From positions 28,096 to 92,095 of the forward strand of contig CAVWKV010000080.1 in the NCBI GenBank assembly GCA_963755265.1: a DNA stretch of 64,000 nt, in the 5' to 3' direction. This DNA comes from an uncultured Methanomassiliicoccales archaeon. Lineage in GTDB: Archaea; Thermoplasmatota; Thermoplasmata; Methanomassiliicoccales; UBA472. Under the pieces are notes generated by a model that worked only from the letters and a program-made list of their open reading frames with translations, had not been told where the DNA came from and did not search any database. The translations under genes and the position numbers were made by a program. Below are positions 19,106-28,825 of the stretch, in pieces (within the stretch, counting starts at the first letter, position 1; each line of letters begins with the position of its first letter).

Positions 19106-19398
19106 AATCGATGGCAAAGAGAACAGAGAAAGCAGGAACCGCCGGAAGGTTCGGAGCGAGATGTGGTGTCGTCACAAGGAAGACAACTAGGGATATCGAA
19201 GCGGTCGAAAGATCGAAGTCCGAGTGCCCGACGTGTCACCACCTGAATGTAAAGCGTGTATCTACTGGAATTTGGCAATGCCGCCATTGTGACGCGAAGT
19301 TCGCAGCGGCCTGCTACGCGCCGACCATCAAGAAGATTACCTCCAAGGAGGTGCTGGCCCAGAAGGCACAGCTCACTGGAGGCGAACAGCACGTATAA
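19102..19398 (+). CDS. rpl37ae: 50S ribosomal protein L37Ae
   Basis: 98 aa. AKRTEKAGTAGRFGARCG with zinc ribbon CPTCHH...CRHCDAKF. Overlaps the rrp42 stop by 4 nt. Confidence 0.9.
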   Translation: MKSMAKRTEKAGTAGRFGARCGVVTRKTTRDIEAVERSKSECPTCHHLNVKRVSTGIWQCRHCDAKFAAACYAPTIKKITSKEVLAQKAQLTGGEQHV

Positions 19399-19525
19399 GT
19401 GCGGGAACTGCGAAAAGCCCATCCGATCGAACGTCAATGCGGTCGGCATGCAGTGCGAGAATTGCGGTTCCAAGATCTTCTATAAGGAACGCCCGAACGT
19501 AAAGAAGGTAATCAAGGGAAGATGA
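19391..19525 (+). CDS. rpoP: DNA-directed RNA polymerase subunit P (Rpo12), no canonical start codon
   Basis: The C-terminal part of ORF 19256..19525 reads (T)YKCGNCEKPIRSNVNAVGMQCENCGSKIFYKERPNVKKVIKGR, the RpoP zinc ribbon. GGAGG at 19378-19382 sits 8 nt before ACG 19391, where AUG is expected. Confidence 0.7.
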   Translation, partial: TYKCGNCEKPIRSNVNAVGMQCENCGSKIFYKERPNVKKVIKGR

Positions 19526-19529
19526 GCGG

Positions 19530-19763
19530 ATGCTGCGGGCCACTCTAAAGGTCCGAACCAAGCACGCCGACACTATACTGGCATCAATCTCCCCCGAGGC
19601 GGGGAGGGAGATACCAAGGACCAAGATCATGGCGGAGGCCGGTCCAGACCAAGTGGTCCTAAGGGTAGAGGCATCCGACCTAGCTGCCATGAGGGCAGCG
19701 CTCAACTCCTACCTCCGATGGATGCAGATCGCGGAGGAGATGAGCATAACATCAGGTGAGTGA
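19530..19763 (+). CDS. pcc1: KEOPS complex subunit Pcc1
   Basis: 77 aa. ...LRVEASDLAAMRAALNSYLRWMQIAEEM matches the Pcc1 C-terminal signature (LRAxLNSYLRW). Confidence 0.7.
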   Translation: MLRATLKVRTKHADTILASISPEAGREIPRTKIMAEAGPDQVVLRVEASDLAAMRAALNSYLRWMQIAEEMSITSGE

Positions 19764-19764
19764 A

Positions 19765-20142
19765 ATGGACGATATTAGCCCCAAACTCCAGAACCAGATC
19801 GCACAATTCCAACAGGTGCAGCAACAGCTCCAGCAGATACTGAACCAGAAGTTCAGGATGGAAGCCCAGCTCAAGGAAATGGACCTTACCATAGACGAGC
19901 TCAAGAAGACCCCGGTCGAAAGCCCGGTCTATAAGAATGTAGGAGCCCTTATGATCAAGGTGTCCGACCGAGAGGTCCTGTTGAAGGAGATAGAGGATGA
20001 CAAGGAGACCGCCGAGGTCCGCGTTAAATCCCTCGATCGCCAGGAGAAAATGCTGCGTGAGAAGTACCAGCTGATGCAGGACCAGATCTCCAAGGCCATC
20101 GGCAGCGGCGCTCATCCATCCGATGGATCCGAAGAGAACTGA
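19765..20142 (+). CDS. pfdB: Prefoldin subunit beta
   Basis: ORF 19756..20142 (GTG; ATG 19765). Coiled coil QNQIAQFQQVQQQLQQILNQ ... beta hairpin VYKNVGALMIKV ... coiled coil. Confidence 0.85.
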   Translation: MDDISPKLQNQIAQFQQVQQQLQQILNQKFRMEAQLKEMDLTIDELKKTPVESPVYKNVGALMIKVSDREVLLKEIEDDKETAEVRVKSLDRQEKMLREKYQLMQDQISKAIGSGAHPSDGSEEN

Positions 20143-20156
20143 GATCGATCATATTC

Positions 20157-20170
20157 GGGACGATCGTCCC
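20157..20170. promoter_or_regulatory. Perfect 14-bp palindrome GGGACGATCGTCCC between pfdB and the DHH gene (terminator hairpin or operator)
   Basis: Read directly. It is followed by cccTTTCGTAATTTTAg, a BRE/TATA-like element about 30 nt upstream of ATG 20211. Confidence 0.3.
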
Positions 20171-20210
20171 AACCCTTTCGTAATTTTAGTCATCCCATCC
20201 ACGATGCCGG

Positions 20211-21224
20211 ATGAAGCTCGAAACATGGAAATATGCACTGACCATACCATTTGCCATGCTGACGGCGATCGCAGAAAAGCTCGGGCAGGGTAGAAAACTG
20301 ATCCTGCTTCACGGCAATGCCGACCCGGATGCCCTTGGTTGCGGCTATGCCATCGCCCGTTATTTCCCAGAAGCCGACATTTGTGCCCCGGGCGGCCTGG
20401 ACAAGATATCCAAGGTCATAGCCGCAAAGCTGGACCTCAAGATCCTGGATCGGGCCGATGTGATGAATTATGACCGGGTGGTCGTCGTAGATACATCCTC
20501 TCCCGATCAATTGGGGGAATTTAGCTCTGTGCCGGCCGACACGATCGTGATCGACCATCATGCACGATCGGACCGATGGGGGACCAGTACCTATTATTGC
20601 GACGATTCCAGGAAAAGCTGTGCGGAAATTGTCTACCAGATCTTGAAGATCGCGAACGTAAAGGTAGAAAGGGATGTCGGCCTGGCATTGCTTGCAGGTA
20701 TGCTCACAGACAGTGGACATTTCCGATATTCGAACGGAGCGCTGCTCCACGCGTTTGCCGATCTCATGCAGGATGCTGGAGTGGAGATAGATGAGGTTAT
20801 TTCCATGACCGACCTGGAACCAGACGTGTCAGAGCGCATCTCACAACTGAAAGGGGCCCAACGCATACGTTTCGATCGGGTCGGGGACCGGATCGTGGCG
20901 ATATCGGTCGGAAGCGCGTACGAGAGTTCGGTCTGCAAGGGAATGCTGGCCATTGGCGCGGATGTCGCGTTCGTCGGTTCGCAACGGGACGAACATTTCC
21001 GATTATCTGCTAGGGCCAGACCGGAGATAGTCCGTATGGGCTTCCATCTCGGAAAGTTGCTTGAGGACGTGGGTGTCGAAACACGTAACGATGGAGGCGG
21101 GCACGGTGGCGCGGCCGGCCTTGTCGGAGTGGGGGATGTGGAAGCTGTGTTGAACATCTGCATGCAGCGAACGATGGATTTCCTTAGGGAAAAGAAACGG
21201 GGCAAGGACTCCCTTGCCCTTTGA
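20211..21224 (+). CDS. DHH/DHHA1-family phosphoesterase (NrnA-like)
   Basis: 337 aa. HGNADPDALG, VVVDTSSP, VIDHH, LTDSGHFRY and GGGHGGAAG motifs. Confidence 0.8.
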   Translation: MKLETWKYALTIPFAMLTAIAEKLGQGRKLILLHGNADPDALGCGYAIARYFPEADICAPGGLDKISKVIAAKLDLKILDRADVMNYDRVVVVDTSSPDQLGEFSSVPADTIVIDHHARSDRWGTSTYYCDDSRKSCAEIVYQILKIANVKVERDVGLALLAGMLTDSGHFRYSNGALLHAFADLMQDAGVEIDEVISMTDLEPDVSERISQLKGAQRIRFDRVGDRIVAISVGSAYESSVCKGMLAIGADVAFVGSQRDEHFRLSARARPEIVRMGFHLGKLLEDVGVETRNDGGGHGGAAGLVGVGDVEAVLNICMQRTMDFLREKKRGKDSLAL

Positions 21225-21245
21225 ATCCATAATTTTTGACCGAGT

Positions 21246-22304
21246 TCATCTCAGGGACTTGAGATTGCTCACGATTTCCCTGATCTTCTCTAGGTTCTCC
21301 GGCTTCTTGACGAAGTACTCCCTCGTCGGGGCCAGAATGTCCGATAACGATTCGGCCACCGCGTTCTTCAGGTCCATGGCATGGAGCTTACCGCCGAGGT
21401 AAGCTGCCTCCAGCCCAGCGTACGAGGCGAACGTGACATTACCACCGAACTTTTCCGGACGCTTGATCTCGAGTTTCTCGATATGCTCAAACAGAACGAT
21501 CTTGGCGATCGCCAGGACAGGGTTGCCCTCTGCCTCGGGGGGACAGAACGCCTTACTGATCTTCCTCTTGATGTCCTCCGGAAGATCATGGATCAATATG
21601 CCACTGTCTGGGTCGCTCTTGGACATCTTCGAGGCGAGCGGGTCCATCCGATTGCCACCCTTGAGCCCGGGCAGCAACGGTGTATGCACTGCTACCGGCT
21701 TCTTCATCCCCATCTTCTCCGCCCCCTCTCTGGCCAGCATGTGCACCTTACGCTGGTCCATACCTGCGTAGGCGACGTCCACATTAAGCATGAAGATGTC
21801 CGTGGCCTGCAGTAGGGGGTAAATGAACTTGGAGGAATCCAGCTCTGCCTCTTCCTCGGTCCTTCCCATGATGGATAGAGCCCTCTTCACTCGGGACAAC
21901 GACGCGCTCTTCCCGGTCTTGATCACTATTTCCCAATAGTCAATATCATCCATTATCTCGGAGGCGAGCACAAACTTCACTTTGTCCCGAGGGACTCCAA
22001 GCGCCTCGAAACAATCCTTCATGTACTCGGCGCAGGTCCGGATGTTCTGGATGTTCCCGCCCAACTTATCATTGATGTAGGCATGCCAGTCGGCAAAGAA
22101 TATGATGAACTCGAAACCGGCATCGACGAAGTTCTTGACCTTCTCGGCCACGACCATCCAACCGATGTGCACCAAACCGGAAGGTTCGAAGCCGACATAA
22201 CCCCGGGGAATGGTCTTGGACGCTAGCAAAGCCATTAGCTCTTCAGGCGTGATGATCTCCTCGGTGTTCCGGGCAATCAGTTTGAACCGCTCGTCTGGTT
22301 GCAT
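21246..22304 (-). CDS. tyrS: Tyrosine--tRNA ligase (archaeal type)
   Basis: 352 aa. Collinear with archaeal TyrRS as I recall the M. jannaschii sequence: NTEEIITPEEL, GFEPSG.VHIG, FFADWHAYIN, GMDQRKVHMLARE, KMSKS, KRPEKFGGN, HAMDLKNAVAE. Confidence 0.9.
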   Translation of the reverse strand: MQPDERFKLIARNTEEIITPEELMALLASKTIPRGYVGFEPSGLVHIGWMVVAEKVKNFVDAGFEFIIFFADWHAYINDKLGGNIQNIRTCAEYMKDCFEALGVPRDKVKFVLASEIMDDIDYWEIVIKTGKSASLSRVKRALSIMGRTEEEAELDSSKFIYPLLQATDIFMLNVDVAYAGMDQRKVHMLAREGAEKMGMKKPVAVHTPLLPGLKGGNRMDPLASKMSKSDPDSGILIHDLPEDIKRKISKAFCPPEAEGNPVLAIAKIVLFEHIEKLEIKRPEKFGGNVTFASYAGLEAAYLGGKLHAMDLKNAVAESLSDILAPTREYFVKKPENLEKIREIVSNLKSLR

Positions 22305-22824
22305 ATTGTCACGGCCAAATCGGCGGACGATTATTAAGCATTATTTAAGCCGGAGCGATCTAGGAAATAGACGGACAGAACACGGTAATCCCCTTCATAT
22401 CGATCTTCCGGAATGAAAAATCACATGTCTTAGGATTGGATTCCTTTTAGAATCAGCCGTGTCCAGACATTCCATTCATTTTGTCCAAATTATCATCCGT
22501 TCTGATGTGCCAGACATGGTTCAGAAGCCATATTTGATCCGAAGATGCATCTGACGAGCTAATTCGGTTTTTACGAGATATTTGTCGAGTTTCAAAGACT
22601 TTAATTATTAGTTTGTCTATAGACTGCCGCCTTGATAGCCAAGAGCATGGAAAAAAAGGAAAGGAGATCTCTGGCACTTCTGAGATTCCCAATCCGCGTT
22701 CCATGCCCGGAGGGCAAAATGACAATGATGGCCTGAAAGGTCACGGAATTCATCCGGCACCAAGACAGGCCGCACAGTTTCGGACCCAAGGGAAAGGCAA
22801 TCAGTAGGAAGGGTGAGGTAACAA

Positions 22825-24273
22825 ATGTCGCCAGCAGTGAAGAAAGAAAAGGTGAAAGCGGGCAAGGCGCAAGAATCGATTGAAATGGCCCAGTCGGGAA
22901 AGGTGAAGATGGTCGATTTCAAGTTCATCGACCTTCCGGGCATGTGGCAACACGTTTCGATCCCTGCGAACCAGTTGAAGGACCAATTCGAAGAAGGACA
23001 CGGCTTCGACGCATCGAGCATCCGTGGCTTCGCGCACATCCATGAGAGCGATATGCTGCTCATGCCGGACGCCGAGACCGCCGTTGTGGACCCGGTCTGC
23101 AAGATCCCGACATTGAGCATCATCTGCGACGTGGCAGAACCGCTCACAGGAGAGAGGTACAAGCGCGATCCGAGACATATCGCCCAGAAGGCGGAAGCAT
23201 TCGTCAAATCATCTGGAATCGCTGACTCAGCGTACTTCGGACCGGAGCTTGAGTTCTTCGTCTTCGACTCTGTCGCATTTGACCAGAACCAGCACTCTGG
23301 ATACTATTTCGTGGATTCCGAGGAGGGGATATGGAATTCGGGTAATATGGATGGGCCGAATATCGCTCACCGCCCGAGGAATAAGGAAGGCTATTTCCCC
23401 GTTCCGCCGACCGACTCCCTGCAGGATCTAAGGTCCGAAATGGTCCTCAAGCTCATCGAGACCGGTATTGAATGCGAGATACACCACCACGAGGTCGCAA
23501 CGGCCGGACAGGGCGAGATCGGAATGAAGTTCAGCACCTTGACCACCATGGCTGATAAGGTCATGATGTACAAGTACATCCTGAAGAACGTCGCCCATGA
23601 GCATGGAAAGACGGTTACATTCATGCCCAAGCCGCTGTTCGGTGACAACGGTACTGGCATGCACGTGCACCAGTCCCTCGGCAAGAAGGGAGAGAATCTC
23701 TTCTACGACGCGAAGGGATATGCACAGCTCTCGCAGACCGCCATGTACTACATCGGAGGACTGCTGGCACACTCATCGGCGCTCCTGGGATTGACATCCC
23801 CATCGACCAACTCATACCGCCGGCTAGTCCCGGGATTCGAAGCCCCTGTCAACTTGGTATATTCCGCAAGGAACAGGAGTGCGGCCATACGCGTTCCGGT
23901 CTGCCAGAAGAGCCCCAAGGCCAAGAGGATCGAGTACCGGCCCCCAGATGCGACCTGCAACCCATACCTGGCGTTCTCCGCCATGCTCATGGCCGGTCTG
24001 GACGGTATCAAGAGGAAGATCGACCCAGGCGAGCCGCACGACATGGACCTGTTCGAACTCTCCAAGGAGGAGGCAAAGGACATCAAGACCGTGCCGGGAA
24101 GCCTGGAACAAGCCTTGAACAACCTCGAAGCGGACCACGATTTCCTGCTGCGCGGAGACGTGTTCACCAAGGACATGGTCGAGACCTGGCTCGATTACAA
24201 GCGGACCAAGGAGAACGACCTGGTCAGGCTCCGGCCGCACCCGTACGAGTACTTCCTGTACTACGACTGCTAG
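22825..24273 (+). CDS. glnA: Glutamine synthetase type I
   Basis: 482 aa. [74 protein letters not shown]. Confidence 0.95.
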   Translation: MSPAVKKEKVKAGKAQESIEMAQSGKVKMVDFKFIDLPGMWQHVSIPANQLKDQFEEGHGFDASSIRGFAHIHESDMLLMPDAETAVVDPVCKIPTLSIICDVAEPLTGERYKRDPRHIAQKAEAFVKSSGIADSAYFGPELEFFVFDSVAFDQNQHSGYYFVDSEEGIWNSGNMDGPNIAHRPRNKEGYFPVPPTDSLQDLRSEMVLKLIETGIECEIHHHEVATAGQGEIGMKFSTLTTMADKVMMYKYILKNVAHEHGKTVTFMPKPLFGDNGTGMHVHQSLGKKGENLFYDAKGYAQLSQTAMYYIGGLLAHSSALLGLTSPSTNSYRRLVPGFEAPVNLVYSARNRSAAIRVPVCQKSPKAKRIEYRPPDATCNPYLAFSAMLMAGLDGIKRKIDPGEPHDMDLFELSKEEAKDIKTVPGSLEQALNNLEADHDFLLRGDVFTKDMVETWLDYKRTKENDLVRLRPHPYEYFLYYDC

Positions 24274-24295
24274 TCGTTCTGCAGAAATACAAACC

Positions 24296-24322
24296 CCTTC
24301 TCCCCTTTTTCTTTCTTTTTCT
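24296..24322 (+). terminator. Oligo-T tract downstream of glnA
   Basis: ttctccccTTTTTctttcTTTTTct lies about 25 nt after the glnA TAG. Archaeal termination typically uses T5+ runs. Confidence 0.4.
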
Positions 24323-24410
24323 GACTACCTATGTCATGATTCTGGCAAAACCATAATACCGAAATCGGCGATAACGGGTGGCTGAACCAGTCCGGTCAGG
24401 CGTGCTTAAC

Positions 24411-25073
24411 ATGGATGGACCTGGAGATGCCACGAAAGGCAGGGACGCATTGGGATACCTAGTCGCGACCGTGGTTTGCCTGGTCCTTGCCCTTACGATC
24501 ATCTTGTGGTCCCATCCGTTCGATCCGGGACTTTTCTTTGTCGTACTTGCATTTCCATTGTTGGGTGGATTGATCAAGTATGGCGATCAATCCTACGATT
24601 CGGGAAGGTTCAGTAAGCGCATCTCAATTATACTGGCTTTGCCCGGGGGCGTGCTGATGGGATCGCTTATCCTTTGGGACAAGGGTTCAGCCACCATATT
24701 CATCGGGATGCTTGTCGCCCTGCTGATAGCGGCGAAGTACGACAACCTGGCCTTCAAATTGGGATTCGCAGTGGCCGCCGTGTTCGCCTTGATCTCGTTC
24801 GTCAACTTCCCGAACAACTTCAACCTGCTGGGGGCAGGCCTGATATTCCTCAGCGCATTCGCAGACGAGGTGGGAAGCGATCAAGCGGACAAATCCCCCT
24901 CCAGAACCTTATTCTGGCGGGCTTTGAAGGAGAGACCGTTCATGAAGGTGGCTGTGCTCTTTATCTGTGCCGTCGGGATTATCAACTCCTTTGCTTATGT
25001 CTTCGCGTTCCTAGCATTTGATCTAGCCTATTCGTTCGTGGAGAGGATTCCTCGAAGTGATTTGCATGGATGA
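24411..25073 (+). CDS. Small polytopic membrane protein, unknown function (first gene of a three-gene unit with two GGR paralogues)
   Basis: ORF 24378..25073 (GTG; ATG 24411). Multiple hydrophobic helices and two loop-located Asp-rich patches, YGDQSYDSG and FADEVGSDQADK. The stop overlaps the next gene's ATG. Confidence 0.5.
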   Translation: MDGPGDATKGRDALGYLVATVVCLVLALTIILWSHPFDPGLFFVVLAFPLLGGLIKYGDQSYDSGRFSKRISIILALPGGVLMGSLILWDKGSATIFIGMLVALLIAAKYDNLAFKLGFAVAAVFALISFVNFPNNFNLLGAGLIFLSAFADEVGSDQADKSPSRTLFWRALKERPFMKVAVLFICAVGIINSFAYVFAFLAFDLAYSFVERIPRSDLHG

Positions 25074-26127
25074 ATATCACACGATCATAGTCGGAGCCGG
25101 CCCAGCCGGTTCTTCGGTTGCTTCCACGCTCCAACAGAAATTGGGAAAGGAACGTCAGGTTCTAATGCTGGAACGCCTCCCACAGGACAAGTTCGACCGA
25201 TATCACCGGATGTGCGGGGAGGGAATAAGCCACGCGGGCCTCAAAGAGTCAGGATGTCTCGACCGCAAGTTCATAGTCGATTACATCACCAGAGCGGTTG
25301 AGCATTGGCCGGAGGAAATCGTCATCGAGTCCAAGCTCAAAGGGTACATCATCGACCGGACAATTCTCCTGAAGGAATTGATGAGGAGGTTCGAGGAGCA
25401 TGGGGGCACGGTCTCCCGTGGTACGGTCGATTCCATCAAGAGAACGGGACAGGGCTTCATCCTGGGCACGACCTCCGGCAAGGAACTGAAATGCAGATAT
25501 CTGGTCGGCGCCGATGGGGCCCAATCGATCGTTAGGAAAGAAATGTTCCCAGAGAAAGATATCGTCAAGATCTGGGCCGTTCAGGCAGTCTTGGACGTAA
25601 AACCAGATAAGGGAGCGATCCACTTCTATTATGATCACCGCTACGGCGGAGGGTATCGTTGGGAATTTCCCAACGGCAACATGAGCCGCGTGGGGTTCCC
25701 TCGGGGAACGTGCCCGATCCCGGAGAACGCCGTAGAGGTTCATCAGCGTGCTATCCCTATTGGGAGGCTGGAAAAGCTTGTGGCAGGCAATGCGTGCATT
25801 GTAGGGGATGCCGCGGCCATGGCCAACCCCGTCTCGTTCGGGGGAATAAGGACCGCAATGGTTTCCGGAAGGATGGCGGCGGATGCCATCGCCAAGAAGG
25901 ATCTGGAACTGTATGAGACCACGTGGAAAAGCTCTGGCTTTGCAGACCCCGTCTTCATGGCGGGCTATCACACTTTGGCCTCGATGTCAAACGAGGAAAT
26001 GGCTAGGTCGATCCGACCGTACAAAGGGGGGTTGACGGCATTCAATCATGCCAAGGCAATCCTAAAATATCCCGAGTTCCGGGAACTTTATCGATCATAC
26101 AGCCTTTCGATGAGATATGGGTGGTAA
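25066..26127 (+). CDS. FAD-dependent geranylgeranyl reductase family protein (paralogue 1)
   Basis: ORF 25057..26127. IIVGAGPAGS, MCGEGIS, YRWEFPNG, VGDAAAMANPVSFGGI. Confidence 0.8.
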   Translation: MDEYHTIIVGAGPAGSSVASTLQQKLGKERQVLMLERLPQDKFDRYHRMCGEGISHAGLKESGCLDRKFIVDYITRAVEHWPEEIVIESKLKGYIIDRTILLKELMRRFEEHGGTVSRGTVDSIKRTGQGFILGTTSGKELKCRYLVGADGAQSIVRKEMFPEKDIVKIWAVQAVLDVKPDKGAIHFYYDHRYGGGYRWEFPNGNMSRVGFPRGTCPIPENAVEVHQRAIPIGRLEKLVAGNACIVGDAAAMANPVSFGGIRTAMVSGRMAADAIAKKDLELYETTWKSSGFADPVFMAGYHTLASMSNEEMARSIRPYKGGLTAFNHAKAILKYPEFRELYRSYSLSMRYGW

Positions 26128-27361
26128 TATGGATTGGCAGAATTGCGATGTGCTTGTGGTAGGGTCCGGTCCCGCAGGAAGCGGGGCGGGAAGAGCAGCG
26201 GCCGAGAGCGGGACGAGGACAATAGTCATCGACCGAAAGAAGGAGATCGGGACGCCGGTCCAGTGCGGAGAGGTAATCGGGCGATCGGTCCTGGCTATGA
26301 CCGATATTCAAGTTCCAGGTTATGCCCTGTGCTGCGAACAGAACTACACTCGGTTCATCGTGGACCGGAAGGTGCAGATCGATAACCACGAGGCTTACTG
26401 GAGAAGCGTCACAGTAGAGCGAAAGCTGTTCGATAAGTACTTGACTGAGAAAGCCGCCATGGCTGGAGCGGCGGTCCAATCCGACGCCCGCCTGCTGTCC
26501 ATCGAGAAGGACGGCGAGGACATAGCTTCATGCCGCCTTATGGTGCAGGGGGAGAAGCTCGATGTCAGACCCAAGATGGTAATCGCGGCAGACGGGGTCC
26601 ACTCCACCGTGAGTAAACTGTTGGGAAAGGAGCTGTACACCTCAGACTCGGTGGCCAGGGGAGTCGAGTACGAAATGGTCTCAAGGAAACGTGTGCCTCC
26701 ATGCATGCAGATTTTCATAGAACCGGAGATTGGCCTAGGTTACGGCTGGATAATACCCAAGGGACCATACCGTGCGAATGTCGGCCTGGGCGTGGTTGGC
26801 GGGACCGAGTCGAGAAGGGGTGTCTTGACAGACTGGATAGAATCGAACCCGATAGTGAGCCAATACTTCGATTCTGAGAAGATACTGGAGGTCAAGACCG
26901 GAGATGCCCCCGTGCCTGGATTCCTGGGCGGACCGACATCGGGCAATGTGCTGTTCGCCGGTGATGCGGCCGGCCAGACGCTGGCCTTCGTAGGGGAAGG
27001 TATCATGCCGTCCTATATCTGCGGGACCATCGCTGGAAGGGTGGCTGCCGCGGCCCTCAAGGATAGGGCAGCATTGGGAAGATACGACATCGAGATCAAT
27101 GAACTGCTGGGCGCGGATATGGAGATGGGAGCTGACCTAAGGGATCTCCTGGTGACGATCTGGACCGAGAGTGACATGAGCGACGAGCAACGCTCCGTTG
27201 TAAGCGCCTTCATCATGAACGAGATCATCCCGATGGACGACCTTGAAATGGTGCAAGAATTGGCGGATAAGGGCGGACCAGCGGTCGTCCGTGAGCTCCG
27301 CTCCCGAAGCCGCGCTGCCAACAAAAAGATCAGAGTCTCCTCGATACCGAAAGGACGTTGA
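26117..27361 (+). CDS. FAD-dependent geranylgeranyl reductase family protein (paralogue 2, long C-terminal extension)
   Basis: 414 aa. VLVVGSGPAGS, VQCGEVIG, GYGWIIPKG, FAGDAAGQTLAFVGEGI. Alternative start ATG 26129. Confidence 0.8.
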   Translation: MGGNMDWQNCDVLVVGSGPAGSGAGRAAAESGTRTIVIDRKKEIGTPVQCGEVIGRSVLAMTDIQVPGYALCCEQNYTRFIVDRKVQIDNHEAYWRSVTVERKLFDKYLTEKAAMAGAAVQSDARLLSIEKDGEDIASCRLMVQGEKLDVRPKMVIAADGVHSTVSKLLGKELYTSDSVARGVEYEMVSRKRVPPCMQIFIEPEIGLGYGWIIPKGPYRANVGLGVVGGTESRRGVLTDWIESNPIVSQYFDSEKILEVKTGDAPVPGFLGGPTSGNVLFAGDAAGQTLAFVGEGIMPSYICGTIAGRVAAAALKDRAALGRYDIEINELLGADMEMGADLRDLLVTIWTESDMSDEQRSVVSAFIMNEIIPMDDLEMVQELADKGGPAVVRELRSRSRAANKKIRVSSIPKGR

Positions 27362-27407
27362 ACATGAAGGAAAAAAAGGGGAAGATGGTTTGCGTTCGAA
27401 CGATCGA

Positions 27408-28765
27408 TCAGATCTTGGCGAGCTTCTGCATCAGGATATCCGCGGCCTCATTGACCACGTCCTTGACCATCGAAGTAGGCGGGCAATAGGCGTTCTCGAA
27501 CCCGTTCACGAACTCTTCTGCCGTCACGCCCTTATATATAGCCGCGGTCAGCCAATTGATCCGTCCGGTGACCTCTTCACCGCCGACGATCTGGGCCCCG
27601 AGGATGCGGTGCGTTACTCCCTGTCCGCAAGCATCTTTACGGTCAGGTCTTTTCCGCCAGGATAATACCGGGCCCGGGTGGAACCTTCTGCGCGCGCCTC
27701 GACAACATTAAGGCCATAATAGTCGGCCAGGCCCTTCGAGAGCCCGGTACCCCCAACCTGGATTTCCCCTATGACGCTTATGAACGGGGAGAGGACGCCG
27801 GGCATCGTCGCATAACCGCCGGCGGCATTAATCCCGGCCACTCGACCCTGACGAACGGCGGCGGAACCTAGTTGATTCATGGTCGGTCCGGGAGCGGCGG
27901 CGCTCTCGCACTGCACGACATCTCCGGCCAGGTAGACATCCTTGACAAGCCTGCCTTTCTTATATGGCTGCATCGTCGGGCTCACACGCACCGCTCCCAA
28001 CGGACCGACATCCAATCCCATCATGTTTGGCAATTCCAGATTCGCCCTGACCCCAGTGGCCATGACCACCATATGGCAGGGGATCTCCCTATTGCCGACG
28101 ACTACCTTCTCTACCTTGCCCTCACCCTTGATGGACCCTATCGGGGTACCCATGATGAACTCGATACCGAGCGACTCACAATGGGACTGGACCAGCTTGG
28201 CCATGTCTGCGTCCATGATGCGGGGAACGACCTGTGTGAACATCTCCACAACCGTGACCCTTTTGCCCTGGTGTTTCAGGGCGATGGCCATCTCCAGGCC
28301 GATGACACCCGCACCGGCCACAACGACAGCGCTGGTCTTGCGCAATGCCTCTTTTATGGCCATCCCGTCAGCGATGTTCCGGACTGGAAAGACCCCGTTC
28401 AGCTTCACTCCTTCGATCGTTGGGAGGAACACCGAGCCACCAACGCAGAGCACCAACGAGTCGTAAGGATGAACACCACCATCGGCCGACGTGACAGTCT
28501 TCTTGTCCATGTCGACATTGATTACTTTGGTCTTGGTGAGGACTCTTATGTTCCTCTCTTTGGCATAGAACTCGGGCGTGTGCATGACGATCGAGCCGAA
28601 GTCCTTTATTTTGCCTTCGATGACAAACGGAATAGCGCAAGGAGAATACGAAACGTGCTCCTCCTCTGTGAAAACTGTGATCTCAGCGTCTCCAGCGCTA
28701 CGGACTGTTGACGCTGCTTTCATCCCGGCGGCACCCGATCCGATGACGATGACCCTCTTTGCCAT
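27408..28765 (-). pseudogene. NADH oxidase / CoA-disulfide reductase family flavoprotein, frame broken by a 2-nt insertion (or sequencing error)
   Basis: ORF 27614..28765 (383 aa). VIVIGSGAAGM, redox Cys SYSPCAIPF, second Rossmann VVVAGAGVIGLE. The dimerisation domain continues in another frame at 27408..27613: THRILGAQIVGGEEVTGRINWLTAAIYKGVTAEEFVNGFENAYCPPTSMVKDVVNEAADILMQKLAKI (own translation). Confidence 0.75.
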
Positions 28766-28825
28766 TGTCGTTCCTCAGACTGGCTAATCCGAAGAGAGGC
28801 ATATTAACTATTCTCTGACGATAGT

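Noticed and set aside
19256-19390. Upstream extension of the rpoP frame (MYLLEFGNAAIVTRSSQRPATRRPSRRLPPRR...).
   Set aside because: It lies entirely within rpl37ae in another frame, is Arg/Pro-rich, and is not part of any RpoP I know. It is an overlap artefact.
22305-22824. A 520-bp spacer upstream of glnA, searched for an NrpR-type operator (GGAA-N6-TTCC) or a glutamine riboswitch.
   Set aside because: No GGAA-N6-TTCC match was found by eye. Only weak features are present: an 8-bp palindrome GAGATCTC at about 22665 and a GTG(T)CCAGACAT direct repeat at 22459/22507. This is not enough to call a regulatory element.
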